A DNA stretch of 64,000 nucleotides from Clostridia bacterium. GTDB taxonomy: Bacteria; Bacillota; Clostridia; Oscillospirales; CAG-382. Location of the stretch: assembly GCA_017399965.1 (NCBI GenBank), contig JAFQAP010000018.1, positions 11,546 through 75,545 on the forward strand, in the 5' to 3' direction. Shown here one piece after another: positions 44,670 to 53,616 of this stretch (positions within the stretch are counted from its first letter, which is position 1; each line of letters starts with the position of its first letter). A program made the translations under genes and the position numbers. Under the pieces are notes generated by a model, which saw nothing but the letters and a program-made list of their open reading frames with translations, had not been told where the DNA came from and searched no databases.

Positions 44670-45887
44670 ATGAAATTCAACGGAATCGACTTCGATACAT
44701 ATTTTAAAAACTACCCCGATGAAAAGGGATATTTCGGTAAATACGGCGGGTCCTACATATCCCCCGAATTGCAAAAGGCGATGGACGAAACCACCGAAGC
44801 ATATTTTACCATTTGTAAATCCAGCAAGTTTATAAGCGAATTGCGCCGTATACGCAAGGAATTTCAGGGCAGACCTACCCCTATTTCCCATCTTGAGCGT
44901 CTTTCGGCATCCTTGGGCAACGTGCAGCTTTACGTAAAGAGAGAAGACCTTAACCACACCGGCGCCCACAAGCTTAACCACTGTATGGGTGAAGCACTCC
45001 TTGCCAAATATATGGGAAAAAAGAAGGTTATTGCAGAAACGGGTGCAGGACAGCACGGTGTTGCAATTGCCACCGCAGCCGCTTTTTTCGGTTTGGAATG
45101 TGACGTTTATATGGGCACCGTGGATATTAAAAAGCAGGCGCCCAACGTAGCAAGAATGAAGATACTGGGTGCAAACGTGGTGGAAGTTACCCACGGACTT
45201 GCAACCTTAAAAGAAGCGGCTGATGCGGCTTTTGACGCGTACGCAAGAGAATATAAAGATGCCATTTACTGCATCGGTTCCGTTGTCGGTCCCCATCCCT
45301 TCCCTATGATGGTAAGAGATTTCCAGAGCATTGTGGGTATTGAAGCGAGAGAGCAGTTTGTTGAAATGACAGGCGAACTGCCCGACGCAGTAGTTGCCTG
45401 CGTAGGCGGCGGTTCCAACTCCATGGGTATGTTCTCCGGCTTCCTTAATTACCCCGTAGATATTTACGGTGTTGAGCCTTTGGGCAGAGGCACCGCTTTG
45501 GGTGACCATGCCGCAAGTCTGAAATACGGCACGGAAGGCGTTATGCACGGCTTCAACAGCATTATGCTTAAGGATGAAAACGGCGATCCTGCTCCCGTTT
45601 ACTCTGTTGCAAGCGGACTTGACTACCCCTCCTCCGGACCCGAGCACGCATTCCTCCACGATCTGGGCAGAGTAAAATATGATGTGGTTTCCGATGATGA
45701 GACCATAGATGCCTTCTTCACCCTCTCCAGATTGGAGGGTATCATCCCCGCTATTGAAAGCTCCCACGCAGTTGCATACGGTATTAAGCTTGCAAAGACT
45801 ATGGGCAAGGGCTCCGTACTCATCTGTCTCTCCGGCAGAGGCGATAAGGACATGGACTTTATCATAGAAAAATACGGTATAAGATAG
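44670..45887 (+). CDS. trpB: tryptophan synthase beta chain (orphan, no trpA nearby)
   Basis: '[15 protein letters not shown]', PLP-lysine motif 'HTGAHKLNH', '[10 protein letters not shown]'. AAGGAG RBS. Confidence 0.88.
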   Translation: MKFNGIDFDTYFKNYPDEKGYFGKYGGSYISPELQKAMDETTEAYFTICKSSKFISELRRIRKEFQGRPTPISHLERLSASLGNVQLYVKREDLNHTGAHKLNHCMGEALLAKYMGKKKVIAETGAGQHGVAIATAAAFFGLECDVYMGTVDIKKQAPNVARMKILGANVVEVTHGLATLKEAADAAFDAYAREYKDAIYCIGSVVGPHPFPMMVRDFQSIVGIEAREQFVEMTGELPDAVVACVGGGSNSMGMFSGFLNYPVDIYGVEPLGRGTALGDHAASLKYGTEGVMHGFNSIMLKDENGDPAPVYSVASGLDYPSSGPEHAFLHDLGRVKYDVVSDDETIDAFFTLSRLEGIIPAIESSHAVAYGIKLAKTMGKGSVLICLSGRGDKDMDFIIEKYGIR

Positions 45888-45907
45888 ATTTTACCGCGGA
45901 GATAATT

Positions 45908-46858
45908 ATGAAGAGAATTATATCTGTTGCTCTTGTGCTTATATGCGTTTTGCTTGCTTCCTGCAGTCCCGATCACGAAAGCACTTCCCACGGCGAAGAA
46001 GTAAACTACAGCGAGGTACTGGAAACGGCGCAAAAGTATATCGATGAGGGCAAATACGAGGATGCGTACAAAGCTTTATACAGCATTTGCGATTATCCCG
46101 AAGCAAAGGAAATGCTTGCCGATTTCAAGGTGCTTCCCCTTAAGGCAAAAGGTAACGGTTCTGCTCAAACAAAGCCGAGATCTTACGTTTGCGAATATTC
46201 CTATGACGAAAACGGTGTGCTTTTAAGCAAAGAGGAAAAGCTTCCCAATGACGTTACAAAAACCTACACTTATACCTATGACGAAATGGGAAGATTGGTA
46301 AAAGAGGCTGTTAAAAAAGTTTCTCCTTACACCGGCTCCTATGAATCCTCCAACAAAACCAAGACTGAAAACAGCAGTATTACCTACACCTATAACGAGC
46401 ATGGGGATATCGTAAAAGAGTATATCGATGAAGCGATCGGATGGCCGTATTATCTTGAGTACGAATTTGAATACGATGAAAACGGCAGAAAAACATCTAT
46501 GTACGATCTTACCCAAGACGAAACTACTTATTTTACGTATAACGAGCAAGGTCAGCTTACCGAAAAGAAAAACGAATATGGCACCGTTTTTGTTTTCGAA
46601 TACGATCAAAACGGAAACCTTATAAAAGAGACTATGGGCTCGAACTGGGTAATTGAATACACCTATGATGAACGAAATAATTTGGTTAAAATGCTGGAGA
46701 ATTACAATATAGGCGAATATAACGAGATAAAATATGTCCACCGTTACACGTATGACGAATACGGTGTGCTTACCGCTTATTCTTTAACCGATATTAATCG
46801 TGCGGAATACGTAGAAAAGTATTCGGAATTTAAATATTTTTATTGCCCCAAGGAATAA
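45908..46858 (+). CDS. YD/RHS-repeat lipoprotein (short, no toxin tip)
   Basis: Lipobox 'VLLASC'. Repeats 'YTYDEMGRLVKE', 'FEYDENGRKT', 'FEYDQNGNLIKE', 'YTYDERNNLVK', 'YTYDEYGVLT'. Confidence 0.7.
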   Translation: MKRIISVALVLICVLLASCSPDHESTSHGEEVNYSEVLETAQKYIDEGKYEDAYKALYSICDYPEAKEMLADFKVLPLKAKGNGSAQTKPRSYVCEYSYDENGVLLSKEEKLPNDVTKTYTYTYDEMGRLVKEAVKKVSPYTGSYESSNKTKTENSSITYTYNEHGDIVKEYIDEAIGWPYYLEYEFEYDENGRKTSMYDLTQDETTYFTYNEQGQLTEKKNEYGTVFVFEYDQNGNLIKETMGSNWVIEYTYDERNNLVKMLENYNIGEYNEIKYVHRYTYDEYGVLTAYSLTDINRAEYVEKYSEFKYFYCPKE

Positions 46859-46890
46859 AATTCCCTCCAAAAATAAAATTCCCTCCAAAA
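46855..46890 (+). repeat. 18-bp perfect tandem duplication
   Basis: ATAAAATTCCCTCCAAAA occurs twice. Confidence 0.9.
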
Positions 46891-46892
46891 AT

Positions 46893-46922
46893 CAAAGCAC
46901 CTCAAAAGAGGTGCTTTTTTGT
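46893..46922. terminator. bidirectional rho-independent terminator
   Basis: AAGCACCTC-aaaa-GAGGTGCTT followed by TTTTTT. Confidence 0.85.
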
Positions 46923-46929
46923 GATTTAA

Positions 46930-47727
46930 TCAGGCTTTCTTGAGTTTATTTGCTATATACGAAGGCAGGTAGGGCAAAGCGTGGATAAACAGATATATAA
47001 GATATACCATTATTACCGTAAGTCCATCCGGCAAGGCGGCGCCGATAGGTGCGAAGAAAAAGGAATTAAGCTTGAAAAACATATAATCCGAGCCGACGGG
47101 AGAAAAGTTTACCGCATTTGCCACAACGGAAAGAACGAGAAACGGAGCCGCAGGCAGTAAAAGCTGATACCACTTTTTTATACCCTTATAGCTGTGGTAA
47201 CCGCTTAAAAGCATGGTTGCGGCACAAAATACGATAACGCCGTGATAAAACAGCGTGTGGAAGCCAGCAAAAGAAATGCAGGAGTAATTTGAAATGACAT
47301 TGGCAGGATACACGAAATTGATCATACCTCCCAAAACTCCAAGACTGCAAACGTATCCGCAGGCGGCAAACCTTACCTTTTCCCCGCCCCAGATGGCGAA
47401 AGGAAGTGCATACATAAAGATACTGCAGGGGTACAGCGGTAAAATTCCGCCCAATTCAAAGCTTACATCCGCTCCGCAGAAGGTTTCCCACAAAATCTTT
47501 GCAATTTCGGAAACCACGGCTGTAATCCAGATGACTGTATATACTTTTTTTAACGTCATTACGGATCTTTTTGAAAAATAAACGGACAAGACCACCACAA
47601 GCGCCAAACAAAAAATCGAAAATGCGATGTGAAGAGGGGTAAACAAAGTTCCCGCCAAAGAATCTGCCGATGGCAAAAAATCCTTGTGGGTAAAGAAATT
47701 TTTTAATAAAAACTTTAAAGTATCCAT
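46930..47727 (-). CDS. polytopic membrane protein (possibly YwaF/TMEM164-like)
   Basis: About 7 TM segments. The family guess is from memory only. Confidence 0.45.
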   Translation of the reverse strand: MDTLKFLLKNFFTHKDFLPSADSLAGTLFTPLHIAFSIFCLALVVVLSVYFSKRSVMTLKKVYTVIWITAVVSEIAKILWETFCGADVSFELGGILPLYPCSIFMYALPFAIWGGEKVRFAACGYVCSLGVLGGMINFVYPANVISNYSCISFAGFHTLFYHGVIVFCAATMLLSGYHSYKGIKKWYQLLLPAAPFLVLSVVANAVNFSPVGSDYMFFKLNSFFFAPIGAALPDGLTVIMVYLIYLFIHALPYLPSYIANKLKKA

Positions 47728-47751
47728 TATACGACACTACCTCGTTTCATA

Positions 47752-48978
47752 TTAAAATTCAGAAAACCGCATATTTTTAATAAAGCTTTGGTTAAAATCC
47801 TTGCTTCCGCCGAGAAACAGCGTTTTTGCCTTTGCGGCAAGTTCTTTTGCAAAATCGCAGTACGAATCGTCAAACAGCATTTTTTCCGCACCGTTTAAAG
47901 CGCCGTTTCCCATAAAGCGAACCTTGTTCTTGAGTTCCCTTGGAAAAAGTCCGATGTTTACTGCACTTTCAACGTCTATCTTCGACCCGAAGCCTCCGAA
48001 AAGATACAAAGCTTTTACCTCGCTTATATGGGTTTGAGAACGGGCGAGCATACATTCGACCCCCGACGCCACAGCGGATTTTGCAAGCTGTAAAGCGCGT
48101 ATATCCTCTTGATTGAGGCAAAGGTCTTTTCCTTTGGCTTTTATCACCGGGGGACGTAAAACCGTGCCGTCTGTATCTATATATCCCCCTTGCAGGAATG
48201 CGCTTACCGCGTCTATAAGTCCGGAGCCGCAGATACCGACAGCGGGCATATTTCCTATGGTATGTGAATATATTTCTCCATCCTCTGCCCAGACGCGGTA
48301 CACGGCGCCATCCGTTCCTGCGCATCCGCAGGATATCTCACCGCCTTCAAAGGCGGGACCTGCGGCGACAGAAGTTACGTAAAGGCTGCCGTCTTTATAC
48401 AAAGCGATCTCACCGTTGGTACCCATATCGCAAAGGATGGCGGTTTCGTCTTTGCAAAGCATACCCGACGCAAGCAGGGCGGAAACCGTATCCCCTCCCA
48501 CGAAAGCGGAAACGCAAGGGGTAAGATAGGTTTTTATGCCGAAAAGCTCTGTTTCTTCCCCAAATAAACAATCGGCCTTAAAGGGAAAACGGGAAATGGA
48601 AACGGGGTTTCTGCCCGTAAGCAGATACAGCATAGCGGTGTTTCCCGTTATTACCATACGGTCCGCTTCGGTATTATGTATACCGACAGAGGAACACGCT
48701 TTGCTTAAAAGACGGAAAATGCAATCGGTTACAATATCTTTGAGCTTTTCCCCTTCCCCCTGCAACGCTTGGGAAATTCTTCCGATAACATCGGCAGAAA
48801 AAACGCGCTGAGGATTAAGATCAGCCGCTTCGGCAACACATATCCCCTCGGCAGAATATAATTTAAGCACTACCGTGGTGGTGCCAAGATCCACCGCCGC
48901 GCCGTATTTTAAAACGGCGTTCGCGTTTGAGAAAAGCGATATTTTATTGTCGTCTTTGATAACAGTTATAACAGACAT
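47752..48978 (-). CDS. ASKHA-fold DUF4445 protein (RACo-like ATPase domain without the ferredoxin domain)
   Basis: 'GAAVDLGTTTVV', 'LCDMGTNGEIAL', 'VGICGSGLIDAV', 'LFGGFGSKID'. Confidence 0.75.
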   Translation of the reverse strand: MSVITVIKDDNKISLFSNANAVLKYGAAVDLGTTTVVLKLYSAEGICVAEAADLNPQRVFSADVIGRISQALQGEGEKLKDIVTDCIFRLLSKACSSVGIHNTEADRMVITGNTAMLYLLTGRNPVSISRFPFKADCLFGEETELFGIKTYLTPCVSAFVGGDTVSALLASGMLCKDETAILCDMGTNGEIALYKDGSLYVTSVAAGPAFEGGEISCGCAGTDGAVYRVWAEDGEIYSHTIGNMPAVGICGSGLIDAVSAFLQGGYIDTDGTVLRPPVIKAKGKDLCLNQEDIRALQLAKSAVASGVECMLARSQTHISEVKALYLFGGFGSKIDVESAVNIGLFPRELKNKVRFMGNGALNGAEKMLFDDSYCDFAKELAAKAKTLFLGGSKDFNQSFIKNMRFSEF

Positions 48979-49126
48979 ATAATCATCCAACCTCTGCTTA
49001 AATCCCAAACATAACTAAACAACCGAAGACATTATACTAAAATATAAACGAAAAATCAACAATAGTTATACAAGCATTTCACCAAAACAAAAAGCTTGCC
49101 GCGAACAGCAAGCTTTGGGTATATTC

Positions 49127-49366
49127 TTATTTTACTAATTCTTCCATGGAAACGCCAAATACAGTTGAAAATGCAACCAGTTCTATATCGGTAACAAATC
49201 GTCTTCCGCATTCAATACGTTGCACGGCATTTTTGTCTATATCAACACCGACCAACTGCATTCTGTCTGCAAGCTCTCTTTGTGATATTTTTAACGCCGC
49301 ACGGTATTCAGCAATACGCTTACCGCAAATATTATTGAATCCGTCCCGGGATTTATTCCTGAACAT
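49127..49366 (-). CDS. small XRE-family HTH repressor-like protein
   Basis: 'GKRIAEYRAALKISQRELADRMQLVGVDIDKNAVQRIECGRR'. ATG follows GGAG. Confidence 0.75.
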   Translation of the reverse strand: MFRNKSRDGFNNICGKRIAEYRAALKISQRELADRMQLVGVDIDKNAVQRIECGRRFVTDIELVAFSTVFGVSMEELVK

Positions 49367-49395
49367 AAAATCTCCTCGTTTCTGACATTTAGTGC

Positions 49396-49454
49396 TTGTC
49401 AACAAGTAGATTATATGTTATAATTGCATTGAATATGACATTCACCGAATGTCA
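49396..49454 (+). promoter_or_regulatory. promoter plus inverted-repeat operator
   Basis: TTGTCA (49396-49401), 17 nt, TATAAT (49419-49424). TGACATT (49436-49442) / AATGTCA (49448-49454). A further TGACATT at 49383-49389. Confidence 0.6.
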
Positions 49455-49474
49455 AAACAAGGGAGATGAAGATT

Positions 49475-49732
49475 ATGCAAAGAACTCTTGAAAAATTGTG
49501 GTATCACTATCTGGAAGATGATGACCCGAGCCAAAGTCTTGATGAAAAGATTGCCTTAAATATGATTGCAGAAACAGATAAAGAATTGCGCAAAGGATTA
49601 AATGAAGAGCAAATAAAACTTCTTGACGAATACGTTGAATTATGGGGTGATATGTGCAACGTGCACCGAAAAGAAAGCTTTATTAAAGGTGTGCGTTTTG
49701 CCACAAAATATCTGTTGGAAGCAACCAAATAA
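49475..49732 (+). CDS. hypothetical small helical protein (85 aa)
   Basis: The ATG at 49475 is 9 nt after GGGAG. Divergent from the XRE gene. Confidence 0.55.
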   Translation: MQRTLEKLWYHYLEDDDPSQSLDEKIALNMIAETDKELRKGLNEEQIKLLDEYVELWGDMCNVHRKESFIKGVRFATKYLLEATK

Positions 49733-49736
49733 CATA

Positions 49737-49769
49737 GCACCCCAAGAGGGTATCTTGGGGTGCTTTTCG
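49737..49769. terminator. rho-independent terminator on a CACCCCAAGA/TCTTGGGGTG stem
   Basis: AGCACCCCAAGA-gggta-TCTTGGGGTGCT followed by TTTTCGGG. Confidence 0.8.
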
Positions 49770-49803
49770 GGTCTCCGCAAAACGAAGTTTGTGGGGTATC
49801 TTT

Positions 49804-51171
49804 TTATTCATCCTTCGGCAGGTGATTTAAAAATCTTAAGGTTATGGGAAGCGAGACCATTGCTGTGATAAAATAGGCTATGGGCTGGGAAAGCTGAATT
49901 CCCAACACACCCAAAAAGCGAGGGAGTATTAAGCAGAGAGGTATGAATACCAGACCGCTTTGGAGGCAGGAAAGCACCAATGCAGGCACGCTTTTGCCGA
50001 TACTCTGGAAAAGCATTGTGGAAACCACCGATATGGGCAAAAACATCAAGAACGCACATTGAATACGCAAGCCCACGCTGCCGATATCTATAACCTCTTT
50101 TTCCGAGCGGAAAAGTTCGATTATCTCGGGCGCAAAGGCAAAACACAAGGCGGAAAGCACGCCCATAAACACCGCGCCGAAGATGGCGGTAAAATACGTG
50201 CTCTTTTTAACGCGGGAATATTTTTTTGCTCCGTAGTTAAAGGCGGAAACGGGCTGGAAGCCTTGACCGATACCCAGACCCACGCTGAATATAAGGCTTG
50301 ACGTTCTGCTTACGTAGCCCATTGCGGCGATAGCCGCATCCTTGAATTCCTCCGCCTGCATATTGAGAACCATTACGGAAATACTGTTGAGCCCCTGTCT
50401 TGCAAGGCTGGGAAGCCCCGTTACAATAATATCTTTAAGTATGTAAAACTCCGGGGAAATATTTGAAATACGCAGTTTACTTTGCGTTTTACCCAACAGA
50501 AACACGGAAATCAGTATGCAAAAAGAAACGTACTGGGATATTGCGGTGGCAAGTCCCGCGCCGTTTATATCCATTTTAAGACGGACAACAAACATATAAT
50601 CCAAAAAAATATTAAGAATACCGCCGGTGGTGAGACCGATCATAGCAAGTGTCGCCTTGCCCTCGTATCTTAAAATATTGTTAAGCACACAGCTTGCTGT
50701 CATTGCGGGTGCCGCAAGAAATATCCAAAAGGCGTATTTCATTGAGTGAGGCAGGATAGTGGGAGTACTGCCCAGCAGGATCATAAGCGGTCTTGAAAAG
50801 ATAAGCCCTGCGGACATAATCACCAAACCGCACCAGATTGCCGTGAAAAATCCCGTTGATGCGTAATTATTTGCTTTTTGGGTGTTTTTGCCCCCGAGCT
50901 GACGGCTTATATGACTTCCCGCGCCGTGTCCGAACATAAATCCGAATGCCTGAATTATAGACATTATTCCGAAAACTATGCTGGTGGCGCCCCCTGCGCT
51001 GAGGGATTCCTGGCTTACAAAATAGGAATCCGCCATATTGTAAATATTGGTTATAAGCATACTTATGGTAGTAGGTATGCCTAAGGTTATTACAAGACGG
51101 GGTACGGGAGTTTCGGTCATTCTTTTATACTGGCTGTCCGTAGAAACGGATCTGCTTGCAGTACTGCTCAT
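49804..51171 (-). CDS. MATE family efflux transporter
   Basis: 455 aa, 12 TM segments. N-terminus 'PVPRLVITLGIPTTISMLITNIYNMADSYFV'. Confidence 0.88.
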   Translation of the reverse strand: MSSTASRSVSTDSQYKRMTETPVPRLVITLGIPTTISMLITNIYNMADSYFVSQESLSAGGATSIVFGIMSIIQAFGFMFGHGAGSHISRQLGGKNTQKANNYASTGFFTAIWCGLVIMSAGLIFSRPLMILLGSTPTILPHSMKYAFWIFLAAPAMTASCVLNNILRYEGKATLAMIGLTTGGILNIFLDYMFVVRLKMDINGAGLATAISQYVSFCILISVFLLGKTQSKLRISNISPEFYILKDIIVTGLPSLARQGLNSISVMVLNMQAEEFKDAAIAAMGYVSRTSSLIFSVGLGIGQGFQPVSAFNYGAKKYSRVKKSTYFTAIFGAVFMGVLSALCFAFAPEIIELFRSEKEVIDIGSVGLRIQCAFLMFLPISVVSTMLFQSIGKSVPALVLSCLQSGLVFIPLCLILPRFLGVLGIQLSQPIAYFITAMVSLPITLRFLNHLPKDE

Positions 51172-51205
51172 TGTTTTTTCGCCTCGTTAAACTTTGTTTA
51201 AAAAA

Positions 51206-52516
51206 TCAGTTTGTATAACCGGGATGAATGGTTACGATTTCTCCGCCCAGAGAAGACTCAACGCCTTCATAAGAAACGGTGAAGTATTTATCCTCCGGTG
51301 CGCTGGTGGTTGCACGGCGTTCTTCGTTCATAGGAACTCTGTATAAAGTTCCGTCAATAACGCGGTAGAGATAGGTTTCGTGCCAGATAATATTCTTAAC
51401 CTCGGTTTGAGTGGAAATTGCAACACCGCCCTCGTTGCCGGATTGGTCGATAGCGTTTACACGCTTGAATTCTGCCAAAATACCCGTTCCGTGACCGGGA
51501 GAGGTAAACACGGGGCTCAAAAAGTCTGCGGGATCCTTCCAACCGTAATCTTCACGCATTTTAACATATTCGGGAAGAGAGGATTTTTCCAAAACTTCTA
51601 TCTGTAATTGCATTTTATTTTCCTCGGGAACATAAACCACAATACGAAGCTTGTCCCCGGGCAGATAGTAATACTCTGTATATTTCCAATGATAGTTTGC
51701 GATACAGTTGTTTCCGTTTGCGCTTACGGCATATTCACCGCCGTGAACATCGTATCCCCCTACATCCTGTTCGGTTTCGGTTATATAGCGCCAGAAGGGG
51801 CGAAAAGCAATACAACCGGTACTGAGCGTGCTTGAAGAAACATTCACAAGCGCTCTGGAAAAGGATAGACCCACATCCGATTCACTTAAAGCGTGGCCGC
51901 CAAGATAAACCGAGGGGTTATCAAGATTTTTTACATTGGGATCGAAATTCAATTCGCTGTTGTAGGAGCCGTTGTAGCGTTCAATATCCACTTCGGGCAA
52001 GGTTACCACAACCTCTATTCCCACCCATTTATCTCTGGAAGAAACCGCCTTGTGATACCAAGCTCCGCCGAATACGGGAGGCGCAGAGGGATTAAGAACC
52101 TCGCCTTCTATCTCACCTTCCCACACGGGAGGTGCTTCAAGCACAGCAGTTTCTGTAACGGTTATTTTTTTAAATTTAGGCTCTGCAGCGTTACCTGCAG
52201 CATCTGATAAAAAGTATGTCACGGTATATTCTCCGGGTATTTCCGGGTCAAAGCCTCCCTTGTTTATCTGTATTTGATCTGTAATATCGCCGTCCGTATC
52301 GTCGCTCCCCCTTACCCCGTTCATAATGTCGTAGGCATCGCCTTTTTTAATAACGACGTTTTCGCAAGAAGCAATAATACGTATTTTGGGCGGGGTGGTA
52401 TCCTGCACCGTAGAATGCTCTCCGGCATCGGACTCCACAGAGACATCATTTTGAGGCGTAGCGCAGGCGGTGAGCAAGGTTGCGAGGGCAATAATTAAAA
52501 ATGCGAATCTTTTCAT
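51206..52516 (-). CDS. lipoprotein with an Ig-like (DUF5011-type) domain plus a roughly 300-aa C-terminal domain
   Basis: Lipobox 'TLLTAC'. 'DGDITDQIQINKGGFDPEIPGEYTVTYFLSDAAGNAAEP'. Confidence 0.6.
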   Translation of the reverse strand: MKRFAFLIIALATLLTACATPQNDVSVESDAGEHSTVQDTTPPKIRIIASCENVVIKKGDAYDIMNGVRGSDDTDGDITDQIQINKGGFDPEIPGEYTVTYFLSDAAGNAAEPKFKKITVTETAVLEAPPVWEGEIEGEVLNPSAPPVFGGAWYHKAVSSRDKWVGIEVVVTLPEVDIERYNGSYNSELNFDPNVKNLDNPSVYLGGHALSESDVGLSFSRALVNVSSSTLSTGCIAFRPFWRYITETEQDVGGYDVHGGEYAVSANGNNCIANYHWKYTEYYYLPGDKLRIVVYVPEENKMQLQIEVLEKSSLPEYVKMREDYGWKDPADFLSPVFTSPGHGTGILAEFKRVNAIDQSGNEGGVAISTQTEVKNIIWHETYLYRVIDGTLYRVPMNEERRATTSAPEDKYFTVSYEGVESSLGGEIVTIHPGYTN

Positions 52517-52528
52517 TGTATCCCCCCA

Positions 52529-53506
52529 TTAATCAAGAGAGATAACAAGCCCGGATATATCTATATTTTTCATATCAAGGGTAATGGGACCGCTTTCATA
52601 GGAACTGCAAAAGAGATTTTTAATAAGGAAAATTCTGCAAGTCTGCTCGCCGGGATTGCCGACGAAGAAGAGATAACCGCCATCGGGAATAACCTTTTCG
52701 ATATCTGTTAAGATGCCCTTAAACATACCGCCGCCCGAAGACGCATCAATAGCATTTGTCCACGAAAAGCCGGAATTCTTTGCGCTTCCGTCTTCTTCTA
52801 TCTGTATAAGCTCGCCTGCGGCAATACGCACCTGCTTAACAACATAATCCTTATCCGTAATAATAATTACACCGTTGGGGAAGAAAGGAACTCCACCATT
52901 GTTGGTATGATCGGGAGAATATGTATTATACTGGGAAACAAAAGTTTCTTTATCCAAAACGCAAATGCTGTCTGCCGTGCGGAATTTTGTGCCGGATGTG
53001 GTATAGCTCAAAGCGTCCTCGCCGCCCAAAGTATATATATTTTTGAGCGAAAGATACTTGGCGGTAACAACTTCTTTTACAGTAACGGTAATTATTGCGG
53101 TAGATACGTTTCCTGCTGTATCTTTTGCCGCTACGGTTACTGTATAGGTTCCGGGAACACTTGCATCATAACCGCCGTCATCGGAAACAGAAATAACTAC
53201 CTCTTCATCGGGAGTAATATTATCTCTTGCAATAATGCCGGAAATCAAATCTGGCTGCTCACCTGCGTTGTGAGTAACAGCAGGCAAAACACCGTCATTC
53301 GCATCAATAAAAGCGGGAGGAATAGTATCCTTAACAATATCGTTTTTACTTTCCTCTGTCTGATTGTTATTTTCTTCTGCTTGGCTTTCTTCTTTTGTGC
53401 TTTCATTGGTAGAAGGAGCGCTTTGATCCGCAGGCTGCGAATCACAGGAAACGAACGCAAAGCATAATGCCAGAATAAGTACAGATATGATCATCTTTTT
53501 TAACAT
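52529..53506 (-). CDS. lipoprotein with an Ig-like (DUF5011-type) domain
   Basis: Lipobox 'CFAFVSC'. 'VSDDGGYDASVPGTYTVTVAAKDTAGNVSTAIITVTV'. Confidence 0.6.
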   Translation of the reverse strand: MLKKMIISVLILALCFAFVSCDSQPADQSAPSTNESTKEESQAEENNNQTEESKNDIVKDTIPPAFIDANDGVLPAVTHNAGEQPDLISGIIARDNITPDEEVVISVSDDGGYDASVPGTYTVTVAAKDTAGNVSTAIITVTVKEVVTAKYLSLKNIYTLGGEDALSYTTSGTKFRTADSICVLDKETFVSQYNTYSPDHTNNGGVPFFPNGVIIITDKDYVVKQVRIAAGELIQIEEDGSAKNSGFSWTNAIDASSGGGMFKGILTDIEKVIPDGGYLFFVGNPGEQTCRIFLIKNLFCSSYESGPITLDMKNIDISGLVISLD

Positions 53507-53567
53507 AATAAACCCTCCGTTTTTATTTATGAAAATATTATAACATACCGAAAACCCAATAGCAACA

Positions 53568-53607
53568 CAAAACTCCCGTTTGTGTAAAACAAAACGGGAG
53601 TTTTTAA
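53568..53607 (-). terminator. terminator hairpin downstream of upp
   Basis: AACTCCCGTT (53571-53580) / AACGGGAGTT (53593-53602). Confidence 0.6.
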
Positions 53608-53616
53608 TAAAATGTT

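Noticed and set aside
44370-44707. Three 67-91-aa ORFs on both strands upstream of trpB.
   Set aside because: They lie entirely within the T-box leader, whose conserved RNA elements explain the sequence.
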